From NCBI RefSeq assembly GCF_006345805.1, contig NC_042998.1, positions 83,080,001-83,144,000 on the forward strand: 64,000 nt of DNA. The letters are read 5' to 3'. The number at the start of each line of letters is the position of its first letter. The first letter of the stretch is position 1. Shown piece by piece: positions 36,787-49,109 of this stretch. The position numbers and the translations under genes were made by a program. This stretch comes from Octopus sinensis. Its lineage: Eukaryota. Below the pieces are notes generated by a model. That model was not told where the DNA came from, did no database searches, and worked only from the letters and a program-made list of their open reading frames with translations.

Positions 36787-38056
36787 TTGTATGTCTGTGT
36801 GTTTGTTCCCCACTATCGCTTGATAACCAATGTTGGTGTGCTTACAATCCTGTAATTTAGTAGTTTGGCAAAAGAGTCCAATATAATAAGTACTAGGCTT
36901 ACAAAGAATAGGTCCTGGGGTTGATTTGCTCGACTAAAGGTGGTGCTCCAGCCTGGCCGCAGTCAAATGACTGAAACAAATAAAAGAATAAGGGCACAAA
37001 AGTCTTTTAAGTGCTTACAGCCTCTATGGGTCTCAATCTGGCCCAGGCTGATATCTTTCAAAAAGCAGGATTAAACATACTGCATCATCATTTTCCAGTG
37101 TTTTAAATTCGGTTTTGTCCCCGTTAAGGGAGGTGACCAGATCTACCTCAATGCCGTAGCAACTGAGGCAGGCAGGTGCAGCCCACCCCAACCTTTGGAC
37201 TGGAAGGTGCCTATTCTCCTTTGTTATCATGAGGCTTTTTTGAAGCTGGATTTTCTACAGGGAGCATGCCCTTGTTTACCCCAACTTCAGTTTCTAGACA
37301 TGAGCAGTCCCAAGATCAAGGCCTCTACCATGATTTTTAAGAAATGTGGTGGAAAACTATCTTAAGAAGGCAGGAACACTACTCCCTGAGACCCCTTTCA
37401 GAGTCCCCCCACTTCATCATCATCATTTGATGTCCAGTTTTCCATGCTTCCATGGGTCAGATGAAATTTGAGGTAAATTTTTTATAAGTCAATGCTCTTG
37501 TTGTTGCCTACTTTCACTTGTTTCCAAGCAAAATAATATTTCTCCATGTCCAGACATGTTTTTCACAGACGACTGGAAACAAGCAACATTCCTTGTACAC
37601 ACAAACATAGATGAAGGCATGGCTGTGTGGTAAGAAGTTTGCTTCCCAACACATGGTCCTGGGTTCAGTCACACCACATGGCACCTTGAGCAAGTGTTTT
37701 CTACTATAGCCTCAGGTCAAGCAAAGCCTTGTGAGTGGGTTTGGTGGACAGAAACTGAAAGAAGCTCGTTGTGTGTGTGTGTGTGCACGCGCATGTGTTG
37801 TGTGTGTGTATCTTTGTGCCTGGGTTTGGCCCCCACTATTGCTTGATAACCAGCATTGGTGTGTTTACATCTCCATAACTTAACAGTTTGGCAAAAAAAA
37901 GATTGATAGAGTAGTAGCAAGCTTAGAAAAAATGAAGTACTGGGGTCAACTAAAATTCTTCAAGGTGATACCCCAGCATGGCCACAGTCCAATAACTGAA
38001 ACAAGTAAAAGATAAAAGATAAAATACACACACACACACACATATATACATACACA

Positions 38057-38215
38057 CATGGGAGTCCTGAAAAGTTCCTGGCTTTGGGTAAAAGAAAATA
38101 CAGAAATATCAGTTAATTATAATTTCATTCAAATTATCCTCCTCTCAGATTTACATACTTATTGCAGCAATCCTCCAGATTTTCTAAGCCCTATAAAAGA
38201 ACTCAGAAGGTTGTA
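38057..38215 (-). mobile_element. Mariner end fragment
   Basis: GGAGTCCTGAAAAGTTCCTGGCTT terminal-repeat-like sequence followed by antisense transposase C-terminus-like sequence (ACATACTTATTGCAGC). Confidence 0.55.
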
Positions 38216-39411
38216 ACCTGAGGGAGCAAGCTGGCAGAATTGTTAGCAGGCCAAGCAAAATGCTAAGCAGCATTTTGTCTGTCTTTATGTTCAAATTCTG
38301 TTGAGGTCAGCTTTGCCTTTCATCCTTTTGGGGTCAATAAAATTAGCACCAGGGTAGATGTAATTAATTTACCCCCTTTCAGGAAATTAATGGCCTCCGG
38401 CTGTTGGGTCTTGTGGAGGCGATCGCAAATGATCAAGGCCTTTGGTGGTTTGCTGTGCTTGAGAAGACTCATGAGGCCTAGTGAAATCATAGTCACAGAC
38501 AGTCCCAACGACTCATAAAAAGACACCCATGATGGTGACACATAGAAGGCACTAACTACATTCTTGGAGTGGTTGGCATTAGGAAGGGAAACCAAGCGAA
38601 AATCAGACTGGAGCCAGGTACAGCTCTCTGCTTATCAATTCCAATCAAACTGTCCGACCAATGCCAGCATGGAAAACAGATGCTGAAATATAATCGTCAT
38701 CATCATCATTGTCATCATTTAACATTTGATTTCCATGCTGGCATGGGTTGGACGGTTTGACTGAGGTCTGGAAAGCCAAAAGGCTGCACCAGGCTCCAAT
38801 CCAATCTGGCAATGTTTCCACAGCTGGATGCCCTTCCTAACACCAACCAATCTGAGAGTGTAGTGGGAGCTTTTTATGTGCCACCAGCAGGAGGTCTAGT
38901 TGGGCAGCACTAGCATTGGCCATGCTTGAATGGTGCTTTTTACATGCCACCAGCATAAGGGCCAGTCAGGCGGCACTGGCATTGACAACTCTCAAATGGT
39001 ACTTTTTACATACCACTGGCATGGGTGCCAATCAGGTGGTACTGTCATCGGCCATGACAATGACTTCACTTGCCTCAACAGGTCTTCACAAGCGCAGTTT
39101 ATTGTCCAATGATTGAAGAGTGCTCTTAAATGGGCTGGTTGTGTTCCACTGGCATAGGCCACAGTTACGGTGATGATGATATATCTACACCCAAGGGAAA
39201 TAAACTGGCAGAATCAATTATTATCATGCAAGACAATTTTCTTCATCTTTCCGGGTTGACGAAATAACCACCAGTCAAGCAATGGGGTCAATATAATCAA
39301 CTAACCTCCTTCCCCAAAATCTCAGCTCTTGTGCTTATAGTAGAAAGACTTCTATTGCATACCTGACCACTCTTGAGTTCTAATACTCATATAGTAGCAA
39401 TTCTCCTTTAA

Positions 39412-39635
39412 CCCATTAAGTCCCAGACTACTGAAACTTGTGAATATTCCTTTTAAATTTTTACAGATGATTGAAAAATAGCTTAAAATGAAAAAAATAA
39501 TTATTAAAACTCCTTTACTTCAAGTAGAAATTGAAATACTCAGTGTCCTATAAAGAGGACACTGAGACAATGTGATATAGCATATTTAATGTTCTCATTT
39601 AGTGTCCTATTTATAGGACAGTGGGATTTAATGGG
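39412..39635. mobile_element. piggyBac-type MITE (224 bp)
   Basis: TTAA TSDs at 39408-39411 and 39636-39639. TIRs CCCATTAAGTCCCA / CCCATTAAATCCCA. Confidence 0.9.
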
Positions 39636-39934
39636 TTAATGTGCACAAGTGTCGAGTAAATTGAGAGACCCTGCAATATAAAGAACGAGCTAGCTTATGT
39701 GGCTACATGCCCAATTCTGCATCCTAAACATTATTGTCTAATCAAAATTGACCAATGAAAAGGAAATAACACAATGAGTTCCCAAAGCCTTTGACTAAAT
39801 CCACCTCATCCCATCTCCATCCATTTGTCTTCCTGTTACCTGAAAGAAACAAAGTGAACAGTGACAAAAGGAACCAATAAAGAAATCACTTCTTGTATAT
39901 ATATTGTTATGTCTAGTATTCTTTCTTCTGGTTA

Positions 39935-39938
39935 TATA

Positions 39939-39982
<44 letters not shown>

Positions 39983-40145
39983 TTTCTCTCTCCCTCTTTC
40001 TTTCTCTCTCTCTCTCTCTCTTTCTTTCTCTCTCTCTCTCTCTCCCTCTTTCTCTCTCCCTCTTTCTTTCTCTCTCTCTCTCTCTCTCTTTCTTTCTCTC
40101 TCTCTCTCTCTCCCTCTTTCTTTCTCTCTCTCTCTCTCTTTCTCT
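39935..40145. repeat. (CT)n polypyrimidine array with higher-order CCCTCTTTCT units
   Basis: Read directly. Confidence 0.95.
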
Positions 40146-41389
40146 CCAGCTGGGTAACCTTGTACTTCATCTGCAACAACAAGACACCAGTTTCTGTCTC
40201 TTTGTCCCATTATAACCTTTCATCATCTGATACAAGATCACCTCCTCCAATGCCCCCTCCCCTCTTGAAGGTTATTTTGTTTTTTGTCTTGCAAATACTT
40301 GGCGACCCTGTTGGTGCAGGTGCCATTTAAAAGCACCCAGTACACACTGTAAATTGGTTGACATTTGGAAGGACATCCAGCTGTAAAAACTTGCCCAAAC
40401 TGACCTCACCTGTGCTTGTGCCACGTAAAAAAGCACTAAGTTCACTCTGCTGAGTGGTTGGTGCTAGGAAAGGGATCCAGCTGTAAAAATCCTGCCAAAA
40501 CAGTCACAAAACTCTGGTGCAGGCTTCTACCAGGCTGGCTCGTGTCAAACTGTCTCACCTATGCTAGAATGAAAGACGGACTTTAAATGATGTTGAGTTC
40601 AATTCCTGGCGGTACACCGTGTCCTTGAGCAAGTTACTTTATTTCACATTGCTCCAGTCCACTAAGCTTGCAAAAATGAGTTGTACCTGTATTTCAAAAG
40701 GCCATGTCTGTGGTGTGCTCAGCCACTTGCTTTAATTTCATGTGCAGGCTGTTCCATTGATTGGATCGACTGGAACCCTTGTCATTGTAATTACAGACTG
40801 CCAATTTATTTATTACGCTGATGCCAGTGCTAGTGGCATGTAAAAAGCACCATTCAGGCGTGTTTGATGCCAGTATTGCCTGACTGGCTCCCATGCTGGT
40901 GGCATGTAAAAAGCACCATTTGAGCATGGTCAATGCCAATGCCACCTGACTCGCCCCCATGCTGGTGGCACATAAAAAGCACCCACTACACTCTCAGAGT
41001 GGTTGGCATTAGGAAGGGCATCCAGCTGTAGAAACCATGCCAAATCAAATCAGAGCCTGGTGCAGCCTCCTGGCTTACCAGATCTCAGAGTCAAATCGTT
41101 CAATCATTCAATCCATGCCAGCATGGAAAGCAGACACTAAATGATGATGATGATAATGATGAAATTACCCATATGCAATTTATTGTGAATACTCATTATT
41201 TATCATAACATTTTACATGTGTGAACATACAACATTTAGCTGAGCTTCATTTTTTTATTTGTTACTCTCTGTAGTTGCACTAAACCAACAGAGATTGTAT
41301 GATGCCAGTACTATTACAAAGATTGGGTTGAGGAGATAATGCTAGTGACTGAGATTAATAAGGTGAACACACAAAAAGCAAATAATTAC

Positions 41390-41496
41390 CTGCTATAGAT
41401 TGGCATCCAGTCCAATAGAAGATTTATCTCTCATTTGTCTGACGCCACCGAAATCAGAATCCCAAGATACACACCAGCCAAGTTATAAGTGGAAGT
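41390..41496 (-). other. Probable 5' UTR exon (107 bp) of the minus-strand gene
   Basis: Acceptor TTATTTCTTTTGCAG and donor CAG|GTAATT. Stops in all three frames. Unique (non-repeat) sequence lying between the promoter and the ATG exon. Confidence 0.6.
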
Positions 41497-41809
41497 CTGC
41501 AAAAGAAATAATAATAATAATAATAATAACAATAACAACAACATTCAGACGAATACATAACGAAAACACCAGGACTTACAAGTATATATAACATACAGAA
41601 AATAGCTCTACTAGGCACCACATACACCCAACATAAAACACTTTCAATATAATGAAAATAAGACCACCACAACAAACTACAGCACATACCCAAAGCACAC
41701 AGAGCTGAGCTCAGTGGTGCAGTGAAAGCACATGATAAAAATAAGACTACTGAATGATGATGATGATGTTGATGATGATAATGGTGGTGATGATGATGAC
41801 AACAGTACA

Positions 41810-43560
41810 AAATGGTGGAGAATGGAATTAACTGCAGGGAATTGAGTATTGGGAGAGGTGAAAATCAAGAAATCTTTGTGCTGGGAATAATCCCCTTGAG
41901 TGAAACACTACAGAAAACAAAGTTGGGGTATGATCTGGGAAGTGGTGAGGGAAAACTGAGCCACTAGCTATTCATGGACGACTTGGAAGTTATTCACAAA
42001 AACTGAGGCAGAACTGGATAGCCTAGTCCAGTCTGTGCAGATTTTCTCCAATGATATTAAGATGGTGTTTGGGCTCTCAAAATGTGTTATGATGATGAGA
42101 CAAGGGAAGCTCGTCAAGACAGAAGGCATAGAGTTTCCAAGTGGTGAAATGATGAAGGCAATTAAACCTCAATCCAGCTATAAATACCTGGGAATACTTG
42201 AGGTAGATGGAATTAAGCACAATGGCATGAAAAAAAAATACAAAAAGAGAGTACCTGTGGTAAGTGAGAAAAATATTGGCCCCAAAGCTGGATACCAGAA
42301 ACATAATTTCAGCAATGACAGAGGAGGAACTAAAGGAGATGGTCAGGAAGTCAAGAAAGCTTCTAATGATGCATGGAACTCATTATCCACGTGCAGATAC
42401 TGATCACCTATACATGAACAGAACAAATGGAGGCTGAAGACTGGTAAGTGTGGAATACTGCATGTGTATCGAACTCAAGAGCTTAATGAGATAGCTAGCC
42501 CAAAGTAAGGAAACCTTGCTAGTGGCAGTTAGTATTGAAAGCAAAGAAAAAAGGAAAAATTACAAAAGGAACATGAAGAGTTCCCAGTTCACAACGGAGC
42601 AGGTGCTAGAGCATAACAGACTGGACCTGGTGGGATCAACAAGATGCACCACATGTACTATATAGTTAATGTTACATGCCCCTTTGACCCACGAATATTC
42701 AAGAAGTAAGGTGAAAAAATAGATAAATACAACACTCTTAAATACAAAATATTCTGGCATTGGAAAATGAAGAATGTGAAGATAGTGCCAATTATTGTTG
42801 GGTCCTTGGGGACAGTATCAGAAGGCATCAAGAGGAATATAAAGGAAATTGGAATAGAGTGCCCAGTAGAACTGTTACAAATGGTTTGCCTTGTTGGCAT
42901 GGCTATAATAATCAGGAAAGTATTATATAGCTGAAAAGAATGGATAGCATGGTACCGTAGGCCGCAGGTAGCAAGCCAGCTACGCATGCAAGACTCCAGG
43001 AGTTCCAACAAAACCTGTGATAAAAAGAAATAGTAATAATAATAATAGCAGTAATCTTGCACAAAAAGAGTATAAGCATAGCAGGTTTGACTGAGTTGGT
43101 AAAAGAGTATTCAGATATAAAGTGAATATGTGGATTCAAACTAACAGAAAAGCAGTAAGAACATGGGCTGAAGGCTGTGGTGGTGGTGAATGATAATTTC
43201 AAGATTTTATGGGATTTGTCAATAAAAGTTGACTATGTTATTGAAGTAATGGAACCAGGTTTGATTGTAGAGGGCAAATAAGGGGAAAAAATAGTGTAAG
43301 ATCATAGACTTTATAACACCATATGATAATAGAGAGGATATCAAAAAAATTGATAAAATTGAAAAATGTCAGGACCTAAGCAGAAGACAAAGGTGACAAC
43401 TGTTCCAATAGTTATTGATGCATTAAGTTCAACACTGAGACCATTACATAAGGGGCTGAAAGATACTGGAATTTAGATTCATAGAGTTGACCTGCAGAAA
43501 AGTACAACTATGTATTCTGCAAGAATCTTAAGAAAGATTCTGGAGATTTAGAGAGACCTA
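41810..43560 (+). pseudogene. R4/Dong-type (restriction-like endonuclease) non-LTR retrotransposon remnants with two 3' ends
   Basis: LFMDDL at about 41970. ORF 42035-42403 IKMVFGLSKC...SYKYLGILE. RLE C-termini VKIVPIIVGSLGTV...IIRKVL (about 42775-42930) and NDNFKILWD...LQKS...ARILRKIL (about 43190-43550). Flanked by (TAA)n. Confidence 0.8.
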
Positions 43561-45070
43561 TTGTCACCAAACTCAAGACACCATCCTTGATAAATAATAG
43601 AGCATGTAAGAGTATTAATAATAACAATTAATAAAACACTTCTCTGGGCCAGCTTTATTGCCACTGAACATCTACTCGTGCCTTTATTTCCTCACCCACA
43701 CTTATCTTTGTTCACCTCTGCTATTGCCAAGTCACTCCTCCACTAACTCCACCTGCAAATGTTCCTACCTTTTCCCATCATACTTCCACCCTCTCATCAT
43801 TTTGGCCCTTCTGATACTTTGCCTCTCATCTACCTCCTATCACTTCCAAAGTCACTCAAGCAAATGTAAGTCCTCAAGGCTTTTAAGTACTCTCTACATT
43901 TACACTTTTACTCCTCATGTCTCAACTACCCATTTCAGGTCTCTCTACAGTTATTGTTCCTTCTCCTACTCCCCTCCTTTGTCTACATGTCATAGGTTAC
44001 TGAGTATTCTGCTGGTGCTAAAAGAAACAGCATCCGATACACTCGTGGCTTCTGATCTTAACTGATTGGAAGTGTCAAGGTGTAAAAGTTTTTCCTTGTT
44101 CCAGAAGATGGGCTACAGCAAATATTCAGCTCATTACCATAAATTTGCTTGTCAGTTGCTTGATCTTAACCAGTTGAGCATATCCCTTAGTGACCAATGA
44201 TATATGCATCTCTGATTACAAGCAGAAGTAGTGGGGTGGGGGAATCATGGTCATGTTTTGAAAGGAGTTCTTTGGGGTTTGAATAATTCACCTCTGGAAA
44301 CATGGGTGCTTCGCTCATCATCCTTAACTTTCAATTTCAGTTTGGCCATTCTCCCAGATGCTTCATTAATTTCACGTGAGCATGCCATCCATTACAGTGC
44401 CCCATGCATGTTCTTAGTTCATCAACATTTGCCATTTCACTGTCCACATAGGTTAGGCATTTTCTTTAATTGATTGCCATTAGACCAGTTGACACACAGG
44501 ATCTTCTGGGAGCCTGACACAATGACCAGGAATTCTCATTCTTCTCTGCTGAATCTTCTCAGTCACTTTGGGTAGCTCCCCATCTAACATTTAGAACCGT
44601 TCCTAACATTCTTGTGTAGCAGTTGTCTATTTGTGTTAGAAGCTTTTTGGTGAAGGATCTTTTTAGTGGATGATGCACTGTTTATCTTGATATGAGATCA
44701 CCTTTCGTGCACATATTGGCTATATTGGGTTTCATATACTTGTGTCCCAGCATGATTTTGATGGCATGTGCTGCTCTCTCACTCAATAACAATGGTTTCA
44801 AATTTTAGCACAAGGCCAGCAATTTCATAGGATGCTTTAAGTCAATTACACCGACCCCTATGACCAACTGGTACTTATTTTATTGATCCTGAAAAGATGA
44901 AAGACAAAGTCGACCATAGCAGAATTTGAAATCAGAATGTAAAGATGGACAAAATGCCTGGCAGCATTTTGTCCAGTGTACTCACAGTTCTGTCAGCTCA
45001 CCAATTGGGTTTTACATCAATTCTTAGGGTTAACATTATTGTGTTTAATAAACCTAATCACTAAATATAT

Positions 45071-45360
45071 CAGTGGTTCCCAAACATTTTTGGGCTGCCA
45101 CCCCCTTGATACCCAGGCCACATTCCTAGTGTCCCCTCCCAACTAACCATCACAAACACTGACATCTTTCTGAAGCAAATTCAAAGCAACTGTATTTCAC
45201 AAGTAAAACCTAACCTAATGAACCCATTATTTTGTTGTTTTTACATGAATTGCTACCCCATTATTGCCCCACTTTTCTTCAATGCCTCCTAGGAACTTTC
45301 AAATCATCCACCCACGGGGGGGGGGGGGGGGGGCAATACCGCCTACTTTGGGAAACACTG
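45071..45360. mobile_element. hAT (Charlie-like) MITE A
   Basis: TIRs CAGTGGTTCCCAAA / CAGTGTTTCCCAAA. After removing MITE B the flanks are AAATATAT / AAACGTCT (5/8 match, differences include a CpG). Confidence 0.75.
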
Positions 45361-45364
45361 AAAC

Positions 45365-45762
45365 CAGGCATGTGCTATCAGTAATTACTCAGGGTAGACA
45401 GTTGGTGACCTTTATGTAGTAAAACACGCAAAAAATAAGTGAAACACAGATGCGCGGCTGAGTTGCAGGCATATTTACTTCTGCTTTTATAGCACGTAAA
45501 GAAAATGTTGTTGTAGGAATGTACACAGTACGTGTACTACAGCAGTTCTATATGTAGCTTAAATACTGAGACTGAAAAGCCCGAGTGAATTATGCCTACC
45601 TAATCTATAAAAAAATAAAATATTTTGCATTTTATGCATTGTAATCAGAGTAACCTTCATAATTTTACTGAATTAGGTGCATATTTTGCCATAAAAGGAA
45701 AATGCTACTATCGATTTATTTTATTCAGGGTAGGCACTGCCTACCTAGATGGCACGTCCCTG
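45365..45762. mobile_element. hAT MITE B inserted at the right terminus of MITE A
   Basis: Perfect 8-bp TSD ACTGAAAC (45357-45364, 45763-45770). TIRs CAGGCATGTGCTATC / CAGGGACGTGCCATC. Confidence 0.85.
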
Positions 45763-46620
45763 ACTGAAACGTCTTTCTTTTAATGTAAAGGTTTAACTGA
45801 AACACCCAATGGAGTACTAATACTACAACTAAGTTGGTGTTGCAGCTGTATTCATGGTTACCCAAAACTGTATTCGCAAAAAGATCACCTAACAACTGAT
45901 TGGCTTGGGAATTAATTAACCAATAACTTCAACCACCAGCACTTAGCTATACAGTCTCCTTCCTGTTTTTTTTTTGTTTTTGTTTATTTAAAAATTTTTT
46001 TTACAGATACTGCCATGGCCCCTGTTTCTTCAAACTATCTAGTCTCATGTAAGCTCACCTGACAGCAGACTCATCCAATTCATTTGTCTCTCTTCTTCTT
46101 ATCACACATTTGTATCATCATCATCATCATCATCATCGTTTAGCGTCCGTTTTCCATGCTAGCATGGGTTGGACGGTTCTACTGGGGTCTGTGAAGCCAG
46201 AAGGCTTCATCAGGCCCAGTCAAATCTGGCAGTGTTTCTACGGCTGGATGCCCTTCCTAACGCCAAATTTATCTCAATGATTTTTTGTTCCTGCATTCAG
46301 TAGTGTACCTAAAGTTTGTGCTGCCCAGGGGCAGCCTTTTTGTTTGCTATCCTATCCCACTAGGCCTTATACAGCCAACCTAAAAGTGCCACCCCAATAA
46401 AAGCATCGGCCAAGATAGACTGCCCCTTGTCACCCCACTCTTCTTAAGTATGCTACCATTTGCATAAACCACTATACACATTCCTTCCTTCCCATAACAT
46501 CAACCCTCTGGAATTCCATCTCGTTTCTCTTTTATACAGTTTAATCTGAAGAGAAGAGTAATTTCAGGGGGTTGCTCTTCAATGAAATATTGAGAAAAAT
46601 GTTTAGTGCAAGGTGTAGAC

Positions 46621-46846
46621 AAGAGGTTCTTAACCATGTTTTGCCTATGGACCCTTTGATCCCTGTTTTATTCTACTGATCTTCCATAGCCATTTGAAGT
46701 TTTAAGAAATCCCATTATATGTTTATAATTAAATATTATTGATAATTGTGAAAAACAAAATTTAATGTTTTGTGTATTGTAGAAGTGTAACCTATTTATT
46801 GTACATGATCCTTAACAACTAAATGGACCCCAGTTGTGGACCACTG
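46621..46846. mobile_element. hAT MITE C
   Basis: Ends AAGAGGTTCTTAACC / rc CAGTGGTCCACAACT. Flanks GTGTAGAC / GCGTAGAG (6/8). A partial relative occurs near 5860. Confidence 0.7.
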
Positions 46847-47124
46847 GCGTAGAGAAATGAAAATACGAATTAAGAAATCCATATTTGGAGAAAAATAAAT
46901 AAAAATGAAAACGAAATAGCTTAATTTTTAATTCAAAAGTAACTTGAACAAAAGTAATCAGCAAAACAAAAATAGTAACAAAAAAATATATAAAAGTAAG
47001 CAAAGTTCGTAAATAAACAAAATGATTTTCTCCGGAAAATACTAGAATATATTTCTAAAAAAATTTTGAGGCAACTACATTACCGAGTGAAGTTGTGGAG
47101 CTGAGCGCTGGAATATACAGATAC

Positions 47125-47204
47125 CTTCCGACCATCATAAGAAAATTCGAAGGTAACGGGACGCTAATGAAGTCAAAATCGTCCAGCTCCCGCCGAAGAT
47201 GCAA
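47125..47204 (-). other. Possible upstream non-coding exon of the minus-strand gene
   Basis: CpG-containing unique sequence with acceptor ATACAAATACAG and donor AAG|GTATCT. A further AAG|GTATCA donor at 47358/47357 and an alternative donor at 47084/47083. No transcript data. Confidence 0.35.
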
Positions 47205-47573
47205 CTGTATTTGTATAAATAATTTCATCAAAATAAAATATTTAAAGTAACTGTCATATTTTAGTAGAAAGTTTATTCTTATATACATAAAAAAATTCAT
47301 TGAAAATTTTATTTATGATTATTTGTTTTGAAAAAAAAATTACACCATTGCTGATACCTTGTTTTCAGGCTAAGTTTCTCGTAGTTGGTTCTATGTAAAC
47401 TACAACTGTTTAGGCAATTTTCCCTCGTAATATGCCCTCATATATCTCCCTTGCGATAAACAAAGAAAGGATTATCATCATTTTTCTACATTATTATTGT
47501 GAGTTATTAAATAAGACCCGAAAAATTATGTAAGAAACCAACCTAAGTCAGCAGACGATATAAACTACCATTT

Positions 47574-47608
47574 TGACGCTTGCCATAGTAACGAAAGCAG
47601 GAGCCAAT
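47574..47608. promoter_or_regulatory. RFX X-box with adjacent TGACG half-site and CCAAT box in a bidirectional promoter
   Basis: CTTGCCATAGTAAC (47579-47592; rc GTTACTATGGCAAG) is one mismatch from the 14-bp X-box consensus. TGACG at 47574-47578; CCAAT at 47604-47608. Confidence 0.6.
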
Positions 47609-47818
47609 ATATTCATTTTTTTATATATCAAAATAAAAAAATTATGAATTCTGAAAATTTGTTCATGTTTCTAAAATTTATTAAACATTTAAGAAATATC
47701 TTATATTATCCAATTCTACTATAATTAGGAAAAATATATATATATATAGTATAAATGCATATTATTCACTGCGGTAATAACCGGAACTGGTTGTCAATTG
47801 TATAAAACTGATGCGATT

Positions 47819-47896
47819 ATGGATTTTGATTCAGTTAACGCCAAGATGAAGAAGTTTGCATTGTCAGCTGCTACTGCTCTGAACAGGGCTGTGCAG
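47819..47896 (+). CDS. SH3GLB1: Endophilin B (SH3GLB1/Bif-1-like N-BAR protein), coding exon 1: MDFDSVNAKMKKFALSAATALNRAVQ
   Basis: ATG 47819 to CAG|GTAGGT at 47896/47897 (phase 0). The peptide matches the endophilin-B N-terminal amphipathic helix (human MDFNVKKLAADAGTFLSRAVQ|FTEEKLG), with the intron after RAVQ as I recall for the human gene. Exon 2 was not found in the window. Confidence 0.88.
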
Positions 47897-48631
47897 GTAG
47901 GTTGCTCATTTACATATTTATGATTTGGTTGTTTTTCCCATGCATATATTTGCATAGATTGTTGAACCAGTCCTCTTATATCTCGTCCTACCGGGGTGTG
48001 TGCATGAGAAAATGATACACCCTCCCGTTTTTTTTTTTTTATTGTTGACAAAAATAACTCACATGGGAGACGCCACTTTATTGATTCTTTATAAAAAATA
48101 AATTGACAATTTATTTTCTTATCAACTGCCAACTCACGTAAACGGGTGGGAGTTTCCATTTAATATAATCAATTGTTTATTATATCGACATATCATGTGT
48201 TTAATTTTTGTATGGCTGTTGCACAGTTTTTTTAAAGATTTTTTTTTTATTTGTATTAACTTCTCGTTTGCATTTTTCTTCTTCTTCTCTTAAATTGATT
48301 TCTTTCAACTATGATTTCAATTCTAGAAATGTTTCAATTCCAACCCCACTCTAGTTCCGCAATCTGTCTATCAGCTGACTTTATGTCATGGCATTATGTT
48401 TAGTTTTAGGTGAAGTATTGGTTTATTCAACAGTGTTACAGAAAACCTTATTTGACAGTTACAGTTGTTAGGTTTCAGATCAGTTACATTCACCAACACA
48501 TATATTGTCCTTAATTTATTTCCCTGTGTTGTTGTGTGTATGTAATAAATATATTCTGTTTATGCATATATATTTTAATGTATGAGCATGTATGGGTACA
48601 AACATATATATTGGTGATAGTGTGTGTATGC

Positions 48632-48686
<55 letters not shown>

Positions 48687-49066
48687 TATATATACACAAG
48701 TGATATATGTCTGTGTATAAACACGCACATATATATATATTATATATATATATATATATGTATATAAGTGATATATGTGTGTGTATAAACATATAGTATA
48801 TATATAGAGAGAGAGCGACTCTGCACAAGTAGGAAGAACAAACCGCTATATATATATGTATATAAGTGATATATGTGTGTGTATAAACATATATGTATGT
48901 ATGTATATATATATAATTTAGGGTATCTAAGAGATACCACAGGACTTATTCCTTGTAAGCCTAGTACTTATTCTATCGGTCTCTTTTGCCGAACTGCTAG
49001 GTTACGGGGACGTAAACACACCAGCATCGGTTGTCAAGCGATGTTGAGGGGGACAGACAGACACAC

Positions 49067-49109
<43 letters not shown>

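Noticed and set aside
39700-39840. Strong minus-strand acceptor (CTTTGTTTCTTTCAG) followed by NRKTNGWRWDEVDLVKGFG
   Set aside because: No convincing donor; it adjoins a CT-array repeat; it lies upstream of the ATG exon. It could be an alternative UTR exon but is unsupported.
30516-41435. Two in-frame UGA codons upstream of the minus-gene ATG as possible selenocysteine codons
   Set aside because: No selenoprotein motif, no SECIS can be assessed, and the junction is unconfirmed; ordinary UTR stops are more likely.
47794-48159. 121-aa minus-strand ORF
   Set aside because: It is the antisense shadow of endophilin-B exon 1 and intron 1; no recognisable domain.
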